From Haliotis rubra (lineage: Eukaryota): a stretch of DNA of 64,000 nt. Location: positions 310,001 to 374,000 of the forward strand of contig NW_025767548.1 of NCBI RefSeq assembly GCF_003918875.1. The letters run 5' to 3'. Below, in pieces: positions 39,626 to 51,231 of the stretch (within the stretch, counting starts at the first letter, position 1; every line of letters begins with the position of its first letter). The notes below the pieces were generated by a model that was not told the origin of the DNA, did no database searches, and was given only the letters and a program-made list of their open reading frames with translations. A program made the translations under genes and the position numbers.

Positions 39626-42600
39626 ATGGCGGTGTGCGTGTTGGTGCAGCTATGCGTGTTGGTGACGGCGGTAACAGCACGGCACGTCACCTACAACAAC
39701 AGACCAGTGATAGGTAAGTCAGTACGTCAGAAAGGGTCTATCACTGAACGGCTGAACCTTCTCCAACATTAACAGTGTGAGAGCGACTCTGCACTCGCTC
39801 TGGGAAACGGGGACCTGTTTAACAGAACGAAGTAAGGTCTCTTCGTGAATGGAATAACAGCGGCCCACCTCACACACGATCTGTACATATGTTGTTGTCA
39901 GGTGAATGAGTGAGTGAGTGAGGTTTTACAGACCAGTGATAGGTAAGTCAGTATGTAAGTAGGTAAGTCAGTTTCTGTGACGTGTGCCGAGACGATGGGA
40001 TACAACGACCTTGTTGGGTCACCGTCGGCCGGGACACTATTCAACTTTCAAGGATATGCAATGTGTCTACCAATCAATAACTATAACCTGATTCTATTAT
40101 GTGAAACAGGACCAGTGTATTCCTATGTACACGACTCTGGACAATGAAACGTTGTTTTCTATATACCTGGATGTCATGAGTTTTCTAAGGACGTGCACGA
40201 CAATATATATACTTTATTCATAGTAACACGAGGAAAGTGTTCAGGAGACAAAGTGTAAGTGAGATGCGGAGATAAACGAGACCGGAATCAGGATAAAAAT
40301 CATACACTATGAATGATTCCTTGATTCTCATGTAAACAAGTTATTTCCCCTAACAGGTGTCCTCGCCCAAGCCACAGACAGCAAGACACATGGCGACACC
40401 TACATCCCGGCTAACTATGTCAAGTACTTGGAGCAGGCTGGGGCAAGGGTAGTGCCAGTCAGGTGAGATCAGATATCTAATACTTCAGGTAGGCAGGGCC
40501 AGGGTAGTGCCAGTCAGGTGAGATCAGTTATATAATACTTTAGGTAGGCGGGTCCAGTGTAGTGCCAGTCAGGTGAGATCAGATATCTAATACTTTAGGT
40601 AGGCGGGGTCAGGGTTGTGCCAGTCAGGTGAGATCAGATATCTAATATTTTAGGTAGGCGGGTCCAGGGTAGTGCCAGTCAGGTGAGATCAGATATCTAA
40701 TACTCTAGATAGGCGGGTCCAGGGTAGTGCCAGTCAGGTGAGATCAGATATCTAATATTTTAGGTAGGCGGGTCCAGGGTAGTGCCAGTCAGGTGAGATC
40801 AGATATCTAATACTTTAGGTAGGCAGGGTCAGTGTAGTGCCAGTCAGGTGAGATCAGATATCTAATACTTTAGGTAGGCGGGGCCAGGGTAGTGCCAGTC
40901 AGGTGAGATCAGTTATATAATACTTCAGGTAGGGTAGAGCAGTGTAGTGCCAGTCAGGTGAGATGCCAGTCAGGTGAGATCAGTTATCTAATATTTTAGG
41001 TAGGCAGGGCCAGGGTAGTGCCAGTCAGGTGAGATCAGTTATCTAATATTTTAGGTAGGCGGGGCCAGTGTAGTGCCAGTCAGGTGAGATCAGATATCTA
41101 ATACTTTAGGTAGGCGGGGTCAGGGTAGTGCCAGTCAGGTGAGATCAGATATCTAATATTTTAGGTAGGCGGGTCCAAGGTAGTGCCAGTCAGGTGAGAT
41201 CAGATATCTAATACTTTAGGTAGGCGGGGCCAGTGTAGTGCCAGTCAGGTGAGATCAGATATCTAATACTTTAGGTAGGCGGGGCCAGTGTAGTGCCAGT
41301 CAGGTGAGATTGGTTATCTAATATTTTAGGTAGGCGGGTCCAGGGTAGTGTCAATCAGGTGAGATCTATCATGTTATGCTTCAGTAGGCGGGGCCTGGTA
41401 TCAGAACGAAAGTAGAGTGAGTGAGTGAGTTGAGTTTTACTCCGCACTCGGCAATTTTCCAGCCATATGTTGGCGGTCTGTAAATAATCGAGTCTGGACC
41501 AGACAATCCAGTGATCAACAGCATGAGCATCGATCTGCGCAATTGGGAACCGAGGACATGTGTCAACCAAGTCAGCGAGCCTGACCACCCGATCCCGTTA
41601 GTCGCCTCTTACGACAAGCATGGGTTACTGAAGGCCAATATTCTAACCCGGACCTTCACGGGTCGAACGAAAGTAGAGACCACTACAATGTGATTATATG
41701 ACCGTAGTAATGGTTGTGATTTCAATATATTGGATCTATTGGTATCGGAGAAAATGCGAACTTTCATCTTCAACGCTTTGATCCCACATTCCGTCAGGAC
41801 GGTGTGATTGACTGTATAATCTCATCTATTGCAGAGTGAGGGAGCAAGTCACTTACTACGTCAAGTTGTTCTCACAGATCAATGGGTAAGCATGCGTTTG
41901 TTATTGTTTCATGTTCTGTAAAATACCTATGTCTTGTGATGATTTACACAGTTATGTGTCCCACAGAGTGCTGTTCCCCGGTGGTAGTGTCGGCATCGTG
42001 AGCAGCGACTACGCCAAAGCGGCCAGAATCCTCTACGACATGGCGGTGAAGGTACGAGCAATATGTAGCTTGCGTTGTATGTTGCCATATCATACACGAT
42101 GTCCTTGGACGCTGCAGGCAGGTGACACACAGAAAAAACATGTCCAAGTACATAACATTTGACACGCACGCACGCACGCACGCACGCACGCGCGCGCACA
42201 CACACACACACACACTCAACACAACGTGTCTTTATACAAGGCAGGTGTATATCTCCTCATGGCAAAAAAATGGGTTATTTCATTGTGTCTCCGCCAGGCT
42301 AACGACGCCGGGGATCACTTCCCCCTGTGGGGCACCTGTCAGGGCTTCCAACTGCTGACCAACCTGACAGCCAGACATAACCTCCTCCAGCCTACCGACG
42401 CTGAGAACATAAGCCTCCCTCTCGACCTTACCCCAGGTGAGACAACCAAGGCTAATTTGATTGCTGATTGCACTGCTATTGCAACGTCTTAACGTCTACG
42501 TTAATATCTATTGTCCAACTTCGCATTCGACAGACATTCTTAAACGCCATAGGCTAGTGGTTGACGCGTTTGCCCGTCACGCCGAAATTCCGTTTCGGTT

Positions 42601-45600
42601 CTCCCACATGGGTACAATGTGTGAAGCCCATTTCTGGTTTCCCCTGTCTTGATTTTGCTGAAATATTGCTTCAAGTGACAAAAAACCATACTCACTCACA
42701 TAATTGTAAGCGATGTACGGTTCCTTGATTGAAAAAGGGATCGTGTGTTAGACACGTTCAGATCAATGCTGTGATATTAAGATTAACGCGTATACTGTGT
42801 AAGACATGCTCTGGTCAATGCTGTGATGTTAAGATTAACGCGTATACCGTGTAAGACATGCTCTGGTCAATGCTGTAATGTTAAGATTAACGCGTGTACT
42901 GTGTAAGGCATGCTCTGGTCAATGTTGTAATGTTAAGATTAACGCGTATACTGTGTAAGGCATGCTCTGGTCAATGTTGTAATGTTAAGATTAACGCGTA
43001 TACCGTGTAAGGCATGCTCTGGTCAATGTTGTAATGTTAAGATTAACGCGTATACCCTGTAAGACATGCTCTGGTCAATGCTGTAATGTTAAGATTAACG
43101 CGTATACCGTGTAAGACATGCTCTGGTCAATGTTGTAATGTTAAGATTAACGCGTATACCGTGTAAGACATGCTCTGGTCAATGCTGTAATGTTAAGATT
43201 AACGCGTATACCGTGTAAGGCATGCTCTGGTCAATGCTGTAATGTTAAGATTAACGCGTATACCGTGTAAGGCATGCTCTGGTCAATGCTGTAATGTTAA
43301 GATTAACGCGTATAATGCTTGTAATGTTAAGATTAACGCGTATACCGTGTAAGGCATGCTCTGGTCAATGTTGTAATGTTAAGATTAACGCGTATACTGT
43401 GTAAGGCATGCTCTGGTCAATGTTGTAATGTTAAGATTAACGCGTATACCCTGTAAGACATGCTCTGGTCAATGCTGTAATGTTAAGATTAACGCGAATA
43501 CCCCGTAAGACATGCTCTGGTCAATGTTGTAATGTTAAGATTAACGCGTATACTGTGTACGGCATGCTCTGGTCAATGCTGTGATGTTAAGATTAACGCG
43601 TATACCGTGTAAGACATGCTCTGGTCAATGCTGTAATGTTAAGATTAACGCGAGTTAAGCGTGTACTGTGTAAGGCATGCTCTGGTCAATGTTGTAATGT
43701 TAAGATTAACGCGTATACCGTGTAAGGCATGCTCTGGTCAATGCTGTAATGTTAAGATTAACGCGTACTGTGTAAGGCATGCTCTGGTCAATGTTGTAAT
43801 GTTAAGATTAACGCGTAGATGCTCTGGTCAATGCTGTAATGTTTAAGACATGCGCTGGTCAATGCTGTAATGTTAAGATTAAAGCGTATACTGTGTAAGG
43901 CACGCTCTGGTCAATGCTGTGATGTTATGATTAACACGTGTACCGTGTAAGGCATGCTCTGGTCAATGCTGTAATGTTAAGATTAACACGTGTACCGTGT
44001 AAGACATGCTCTGGTCCATATTGTGATATTAAGATTAACGTGTTATATGGAAGAGATGCTCTGGTCAATGCTGTAATGTTAAGATTAACACGTGTACTGT
44101 GTAAGACATGCTCTGGTCAATGCTGTGATGTTAGGATTAACGCGTATACCGTGTAAGACATGCTCTGGTCACTGCTGTCCCCCAGATGCCAAGTCTAGCA
44201 GACTGCTGGGTCGACTGTCACAGAAGACTCTTCACATACTGACCACAGAGAACGTCACCCCAAACTTCCACCACTACGGTCTTTTGCTGGAGGTGAGAAT
44301 GGAGGCATCTTGACACATGTAACACATTTACATTAATTAATACGGGTTCAAACATTCCTTTCCCAACCAATCCGCGCTTCACCTGGCAATCTGATAGTGT
44401 ATTTAGGTCGACCAGCCGACCTGTATGGGCTTTTACAGTGCACCTTTTCAGAAATCAGATCAATATCTTTAATATAACAATATATCCTTGATTAGCATAG
44501 CGGAATGCACAGACTTAATGAGGATGCCCTACGTACGAACTACTTGTGTTCATTCTGTGATGCCGCAGAAACAGAAACTGCGAATCATGTATTCTTCCGA
44601 TGTGACAAATATCAGCGGTACAGAGATAGTTACTTCAAACAATTACAAAAAATGTCTACAAAGGCCCACTCACTCTGCCGTCAATTTTGCAATCCACAAA
44701 GCCCCAAGTTATATACTGCACAGCACTATTTTTACATTATGTTTTTAAAGTAAGATCCCAATACAAATTATTACCACTGTTAAGCGAAACTACCAAAGTT
44801 TGCGACTGTATTATAGGCCATGAGGCTGATATTACGAATAAACTTCTGTCTGCCTGTCTGTCTGTCATAGCAGTATATCAACCACAATGTGTGAAAGACA
44901 GCCATCGCCACAGGCAAACTGCATGTAGCGGAAATAGGGCTGCGCAACAAAGAGAAAATGACCTGTCCTCCTATAAGCGAGACTGGTCATTTTTCTCTGT
45001 GTTGCGCAGCCCTTTTTGCGCTACAGTTTGCCTGTGTATCAACGTACAATTCAACAGGCGTTCTTCCCTTTTCAGTAATGACACCCCTTTATTTAGCCAT
45101 GTTTATTTTCTGCATGTATTAAATACGTTCTGTCTTATAAATAACAGCATCTGATGAAATGTCATGTCCATATGTGCTATATGTATTACAGTTGTTCTGC
45201 TTTTTAACAGGGCAAGGGCGTTCTGGTAGCCTAGTCGTTATAAAGCATTCGTTCGTCAACCCAAGCCCCGGGTTCGATTCAATACATGGGTACAGTGTAT
45301 GAAACCCATTTCTGGTGTCCCCTGCCGGGATGTTGCTAAATTAGACCATACTTAGTCACTCACGCACATGAAAACATTCCCCACTTCAGCCGCCCCATGT
45401 TCATACACTGTGCATATTTTGTTCCCAGACCTTCAACCAGACCAAGTCGCTCACTTCTTTCTATAGACCCATCTCCACAAACAGAGGGCGGAAGGGGAAG
45501 GTGTTTGTGTCCACTATTGAAGGTAACGAGAACCGAAGCCTGTTGTAGACAGGGGAGACAATATGAGATTGGCACACATTTTTGTTGGAAATCAGAAATC

Positions 45601-48600
45601 GGTGTGGTTGAGGGATTCAAACGTAAGTGAGACGTATTCGAATAAAGAACACAATCCGAGATCTGATAGTATGCATGAATTTTCTTTTCTCAAAGATGCG
45701 ACAGTTTTGGACTTCTGGAACGTGTTATTTCGGGAAAAGCCAACCCCTTTCTAGGTTACGGAAATGGGCGAGTGATGACGAATGCCTCTGTTAAAACAGT
45801 GTCCTGGTTTTAAATTTACATGTGGGCTGGGATATGTATTTGAGACAGAAATTTTTTTCAGTCAGCACGTATATAATACTCAACTTGATATGGAGAATTA
45901 GACATGCCACCACATGACACTGTATCAAGGAAAATGAAAACAATCCCTATCAAAAGTGGAGTAGTATATATTCAAATATTTTCCCTGAAAGGGTTTGTCA
46001 CACTATGTTTCGGTGTCGCAACACGTTTCCGGGGGCGGTGATGTAGCTAAGAGGTTAATGCGTTCGCTTGTCACGCCGAATGCCCGGGTTCGATTCCCCA
46101 CATGGGTACTTAGAGATTCTCACCCAAGTGTCTACTGATATCAATTATATCAACACGAGTTGATAAAGTTACAAATTTGTACTTTTATCAACGAGTGTTG
46201 ACATTTGATATCAGAAGACACGAGGGCGAGATTCTATTTATCATCCATTTATCACTCTTTCATTAGTTGTCAATGCAAATTGTAAACCAAAAGTCACTGT
46301 GTTCTTTAATCTGATTGGTTGAAAAACGTGATCAAAATTAATGGTATTCGATTCCCGGAAATTCGCTACGTATTGATACATACAAACATCGCTCACACCA
46401 TTGTATTGTTACGTCGTCAGCTGTGATGACGTCATTAAAATCATATTGTGACGTAAAGTTCGAACGACGTCACAAATGAGCAGGGTGCCGTTCCACTAAC
46501 CGATCTTATCTAAGATCAATCTTAGCAAGTTACGCCAATTTTACAATCGTCTTAGCTAAAAGTTACACCCGTTCCACTAACCGATTTTAGGCCGATTGTA
46601 GCCGGTCCCGATCTTACGATCCGATCCAAGCTTAGATCGAGACTCTTTCGTGCGAGAGATAGAGAAATGCGAGGCACGAGTTATCTCCCTTTGCATAGTC
46701 TAGCAAATGATGGAAGTAGTTTACGAACCAACTGAATGAGTGAGTGAGTTTAGATTTACGCCGCACTCAGCAATAGTCCAGCTATATGGCGGCGGTCTGT
46801 AAATAATCTAACTAAGATGCATAGCGTTCACTAACATAAGCGTTCATGTTAGTGAACGCTATGTATCTTGGCTATAAATAATCGAGTCTGGACCAGACAA
46901 TCAAGTGATCAACAGCATGAGCATCGATCTGCGCAGTTGGGAACCGATTACATGTGTCAACCAAGTCAGCGAGCCTGACCACCCGATCCCGTTACTGGCC
47001 TCTTACGACAAGCATGGGTTATTGAAGTTCAATATTCTAACCCGGGCCTTCATTGGTATTTTTCCAACCATGTGTAAACGTGGAGAAAAAAGCTAGAGCA
47101 AAATATTAGGGTAGTGAGCACCTTGGTTTCAGGTGCAAGTGCGTGTGAACGCTGGGTATCAGGCATAATAAAATAATAATAAATGCATATTTATAGTGCG
47201 CCTATTCCACATCCTGGGGCATGCTCAAAGCGCCATGTACAGATATTTTACACGAGAGTATTTACAGCCGAGATTATAAGTAATAAACTGAGAACAGGTT
47301 TTAAGTCTGGACTTTAAAAATGTCAATTGTGCCGAAACGGCTAATACCCAACCCTAATATCCAGCAAAATGAGTGACTTCAATTTCGAACCTATACCTTT
47401 TCAGTATGAGTCAAAAGTTAAAAAGAAAGCTCTGGCCATTCATCACACTTTTAAAAATCATGTATCACAAAACTAATAGAACTTCAAAATCATTTGTCCC
47501 ATACAGCATAAAACTTCCAAGTCTTCCTCCAAAATTGTAATAGTGCAATCAATGACGTGGCACAAGTGATTATTATACAATGTATTTTGTACTTTGATTA
47601 TGATTCATCATTATATTGTGATTAGCTTATCATTGTGTATACAACTATACATATATACACTATACATATTTGTTGTTATATGCTTTGCATTGGCTGTTTG
47701 AATGCAAGACAAATTTCCCTTGCGGGACAATAAAGTTTATCTTACCTTATTAGACTTGCAGTGCAGCGAAGTCATAGCATTGTGACGTCATCAGGTTTTT
47801 GACGCATTGTGGGTCATGTAAACGATGATGTCAGGGCATTGTACACAATCTACTGTCAAAACTTGATCTCACACAATAGACTACAAGCAACATCTCCTGT
47901 GGAACACAGTTTTGGATGATAAAATGTGTTAAGCCCGTTTCTGGTTTCCTCGAAGTGATATTGTTGGAGCCATGACAAAAACGCCGTTATACCACACTCA
48001 CTCTCTTATTTCATCACATCCAGCATGGCCATTGTTTTGTGTGTATATCCTTACTACATCTCATATGATTATCAACTAGAAACTATCTTTGCTTCAGCCT
48101 TCAAGTACCCGTTCTATGGCACTCAGTGGCATCCCGAGGTCATCAATTTTGACTGGAACCCCAAGCAGGCGCTGGACCATACCAGCAATGGCGTCCTTAT
48201 CTCACACTACTTTTCATCCTTCTTCATCAACGAAGGTATGTCTGCACGTTGTTGTACACTGTAGGTGGCGACACAGCGAGCGAGCGTATTGTTATTATTA
48301 TTATTAAACTATTGTGTATTCTAAGCTGTTTCCCTAAAAGATCAAAGTCGCCGACAGCACTTCATCAGGTAATAAAGTACCGTATTTTCTCTAATAAGCG
48401 ATGGGTATGAAAATCCGTTGAAAAGATAAGCGCATAGGCGCTTATTAGAGGAAATACGGTACACGTTTTTGTTTGACGTCACTTGGCCATTCTCGTCTGC
48501 CCCTAAGCTGGACCCCGTCTCCCATATCGCAATATACGCTAGTTAGCGCGCGCAAAAGGAGCCGAGAACCAGCCCCCTCGTTATCAAACTTCCCCTTGGT

Positions 48601-49909
48601 AACCAACGTTACGATGCAAACGTCCTCTTACTTTATTACACTATACATGGGGGTAGAGCTGTATTTCTTAAATAACGAATAGTCTGTCTGTAAAATACTG
48701 TATGTATGCAACAGATGTCGCCGCCAGGTTCATACAGCGAGTACGTTGGAGGAGCATGCATGTCCTGATAAAACGATGTATGTACATCAGTTATAAAACG
48801 GCGGTCTGTAAATCAAGTATAGACCATACAATCCAGTGATTGACATCATGATCATCCGTCATTTAGTTATTGTTTGTCTGTTGTTTTACACCGCACTTAG
48901 CAATATTCCAACTATATGGCTGCGGTCTGTAAATAATCGAGTCTGGACCAGACAATTAAGTGATCAACATAATGAGCATCGATCTACGCAGTTGGGATAC
49001 GATGACGTGTGTCATCCACGTCAGAGAGTCTGACCAACCAATCCAGTAATTCACCTCTTTCGACAAGCATAATTGTTTGCTGAAGACCTTCACAGGCGAT
49101 AACTCTTTTTATTACCTACGAGGGCGAACATATCGGGGTTCATATTTTTCATACGATGCCCTGGGGCAAAACATCACTTTGTCATGGTGGCGTGACATCA
49201 TGAACAATGCTATGACGTCACGTTTCTTCTGTGACGTTGCGTTCTGTATGCGGCGACGGCGGGTAGCCAGCCTGTTTGAAATTAGATTTGGGTTTATTTT
49301 GCTCAGTTTGACGACTTCAGTAATAAACAGAATATTATATTCGAACCCATATCATACTATGTTTACGACACTCGTGCCTAAAGAATGGTATATCGAAATA
49401 CCAACATTTAGGCACTCGTGTCGTAAACATAGTATCATCTATGACATGGGCACGAATATAATATCCTCTATATATTATTCACCGAGAGATGTAGCATACA
49501 ATCAAGGGAGATAACTATCAGTCTGATCTTGGTAGACATGACCTGGCTCATGATACTGTCATTACAACTACTTCACAGGGTCTGCATGTCTTTGTGGGTC
49601 AGGGTGGTCGTCTTGAATTGCAATGTATGTGTCAGAGTACGTGTATTGGTCGTTGCGTATGTTTTCATTCGCTGTTTTGTTGAATGCATGCGCATTTGCT
49701 GACACACGCTCGTTTGCTGATACCAGAGATACAAAACATCCACACGTTCACTGTAGCCAATGTTTGTTTCAGCTCGTCTAAGTGGCCACAAGTTCCCCAA
49801 CGTTCAGGCCGCTGCAGACGCCGTCATCGAGAACTTCCATGTGAACTATCAAAATGACGGCACATTCATGGAGACATACTATTTGAACTACACCAAATCT
49901 TACCCATAA
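39626..49909 (+). CDS. GGH: Gamma-glutamyl hydrolase paralogue D, 9 exons, complete; close inverted duplicate of B
   Basis: Exons 39626-39713, 40357-40462, 41835-41885, 41967-42051, 42298-42436 ([10 protein letters not shown]), 44186-44292, 45429-45522, 48098-48235 ([12 protein letters not shown]), 49773-49909. GT-AG introns, frame continuous to TAA. Confidence 0.95.
40463..41400 (+). repeat. 55-bp minisatellite derived from GGH-D exon 2 end and donor (about 17 units)
   Basis: Same unit as 23001-23920; starts exactly at the exon 2 donor. Confidence 0.95.
41417..41663 (-). mobile_element. SINE-like family 2 (about 245 bp; shares its 3' tail with family 1), representative copy
   Basis: CCCGTGAAG..GTCGTAAGAGGCGACTAACGGGATCGGGTGGTCAGG..CCAGACTCGATTATTTACAGACCGCC. 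Other copies at about 273-450, 3585-3803, 4195-4420, 16620-16760, 25463-25682, 30880-31120, 32780-33022, 34943-35128, 39243-39497, 46737-47052, 48800-49095. Confidence 0.85.
42760..44177 (+). repeat. 52-bp minisatellite abutting the GGH-D exon 6 acceptor (about 27 units)
   Basis: Unit CTCTGGTCAATGCTGTAATGTTAAGATTAACGCGTATACCGTGTAAGACATG. Confidence 0.95.
44470..44868 (+). mobile_element. Non-LTR retrotransposon 3' remnant in GGH-D intron 6
   Basis: [26 protein letters not shown] zinc-knuckle-like end, followed by AATAAA and a (TCTG)n tail. Confidence 0.65.
46809..46874. mobile_element. 66-bp hairpin mini-MITE inserted in a SINE
   Basis: About 29-bp arms with an 8-nt loop; 9-bp TSD TAAATAATC at 46800-46808 and 46875-46883. 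Confidence 0.8.
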
Positions 49910-49979
49910 CACATATGATGATATGTACGACAGTGTTTTACTGCTTCAAATCAGCTTCTCACACTTCCCACCATAGGAG

Positions 49980-50143
49980 CGAGTGAGTGAGTTTAGTTTT
50001 ACGCCGCTTTTAGAAATATTCCAGCTAAATCACGGCCGGGGACACCAGAAATGGGCTTCACATTTTGAACAAATGTGGGGAATTGAACCCGGGTCCTCGG
50101 CGTGACAAGCGAACGCTTTAACCATTACGCTACCCCACCGCCC
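49980..50143 (-). mobile_element. Short tRNA-derived SINE family 1 (about 165 bp, (ACTC)n tail), representative copy
   Basis: GGGCGGTGGGGTAGC..GGTTAAAGCGTTCGC..GGGTTC(G/A)ATTCCC..GCGGCGTAAAA. Other copies at about 20638-20783, 24122-24283, 26370-26445, 32153-32290, 34200-34327, 37127-37280, 42548-42700, 45216-45362, 46030-46110, 50645-50795. Confidence 0.85.
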
Positions 50144-51231
50144 CTCTCACCATAGGAAAGATGGCAGTGTTAGTCCGCCATCACTTAATTTAAGTTCTGG
50201 ATTCACGTCACCCTGAGATTATTAATATGATCATTTTCATGCAAAGCCATTTGCCATAAAAGGATAAATCTAATCACGTGTTTGATGGGCACTGTTGTAA
50301 TGTAATAGAGTTTGAATGTGAGTAAATAAATGAATGATAGTGTCACTGCCTACACTCTACACTTTATAGGAAACTGTATTGTCTTCTTTGCTTCTGATCT
50401 GATTGACCTTCAGATGACAAGAAATGCATGCTCCAAGTTGATTGCTTTATGAAAGTAATAGAATGTGGAGTTGTGACAAAATTGTTTTCAGGTGTAGGAG
50501 CGAGGTGTAGGAGCGATGTACGCATGCATGTAGTTGCTGCTTGTGACAGTCTGGACTTGTTTTGGTTTTAGAGTGCCAGCCTCTTGAGATACCTTATTGC
50601 AATTAAACATGAATACCTCACTCATGACACAGCATAAAGACTTGACTGACTGACTGACTTTCAGCAATATTCCAGCAATATCACGGCGGGGGACACCAGA
50701 AATGGGCTTCACTCATTGTACCCATGTGGGGATTCAAACCCGGGTCTTCGGCGTGACGAGCCAATGCTTCAACAACTAGACTACCCCACCGCCCCCATAA
50801 AGACTTGAAGTCAAACAAGTCCTTGTTGTATATCCTTTTCCTGAGAGCAGACAGGCAGTGTAACAAGTACCCTTGAAAAATATTTCAACATATTTTGGCA
50901 TGACACCGTCAAGGGAGAACTACCTGCTCAGGATAGCACCTGCCCCTACCCTTTCACTCACTGGCTGATAAGGTTTGATCACACACGATCACAATGTATT
51001 CTGTAATTACAAATCACGTTTTGAAACAATTCTGGATATACTCTCTTTGATCTTCCTATGGAATAAGTCAGCCACTGACAACAGGTACCCACCAAAAATA
51101 CAGAAACTAATGTATAAATTTGGGATTTCTGATACTGGCAGATTTTAGAGCAGCTTCATCATTTCCTAGATCTGTTTACATCGAAAACAAATGTAAACCA
51201 AATACAACAGTTTTTATTTGAGTTCTCTCAT

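Noticed and set aside
40463-40488. Each 26-nt GT..AG segment as a true micro-intron producing repeated 29-nt exons
   Set aside because: 26 nt is far below usual metazoan intron size and 29-nt exons shift the frame; retained only as a decoy or recursive-site hypothesis.
39626-49909. GGH-D as a haplotig or assembly duplicate of GGH-B
   Set aside because: Many coding differences, different TE insertions and different intron lengths indicate true paralogues.
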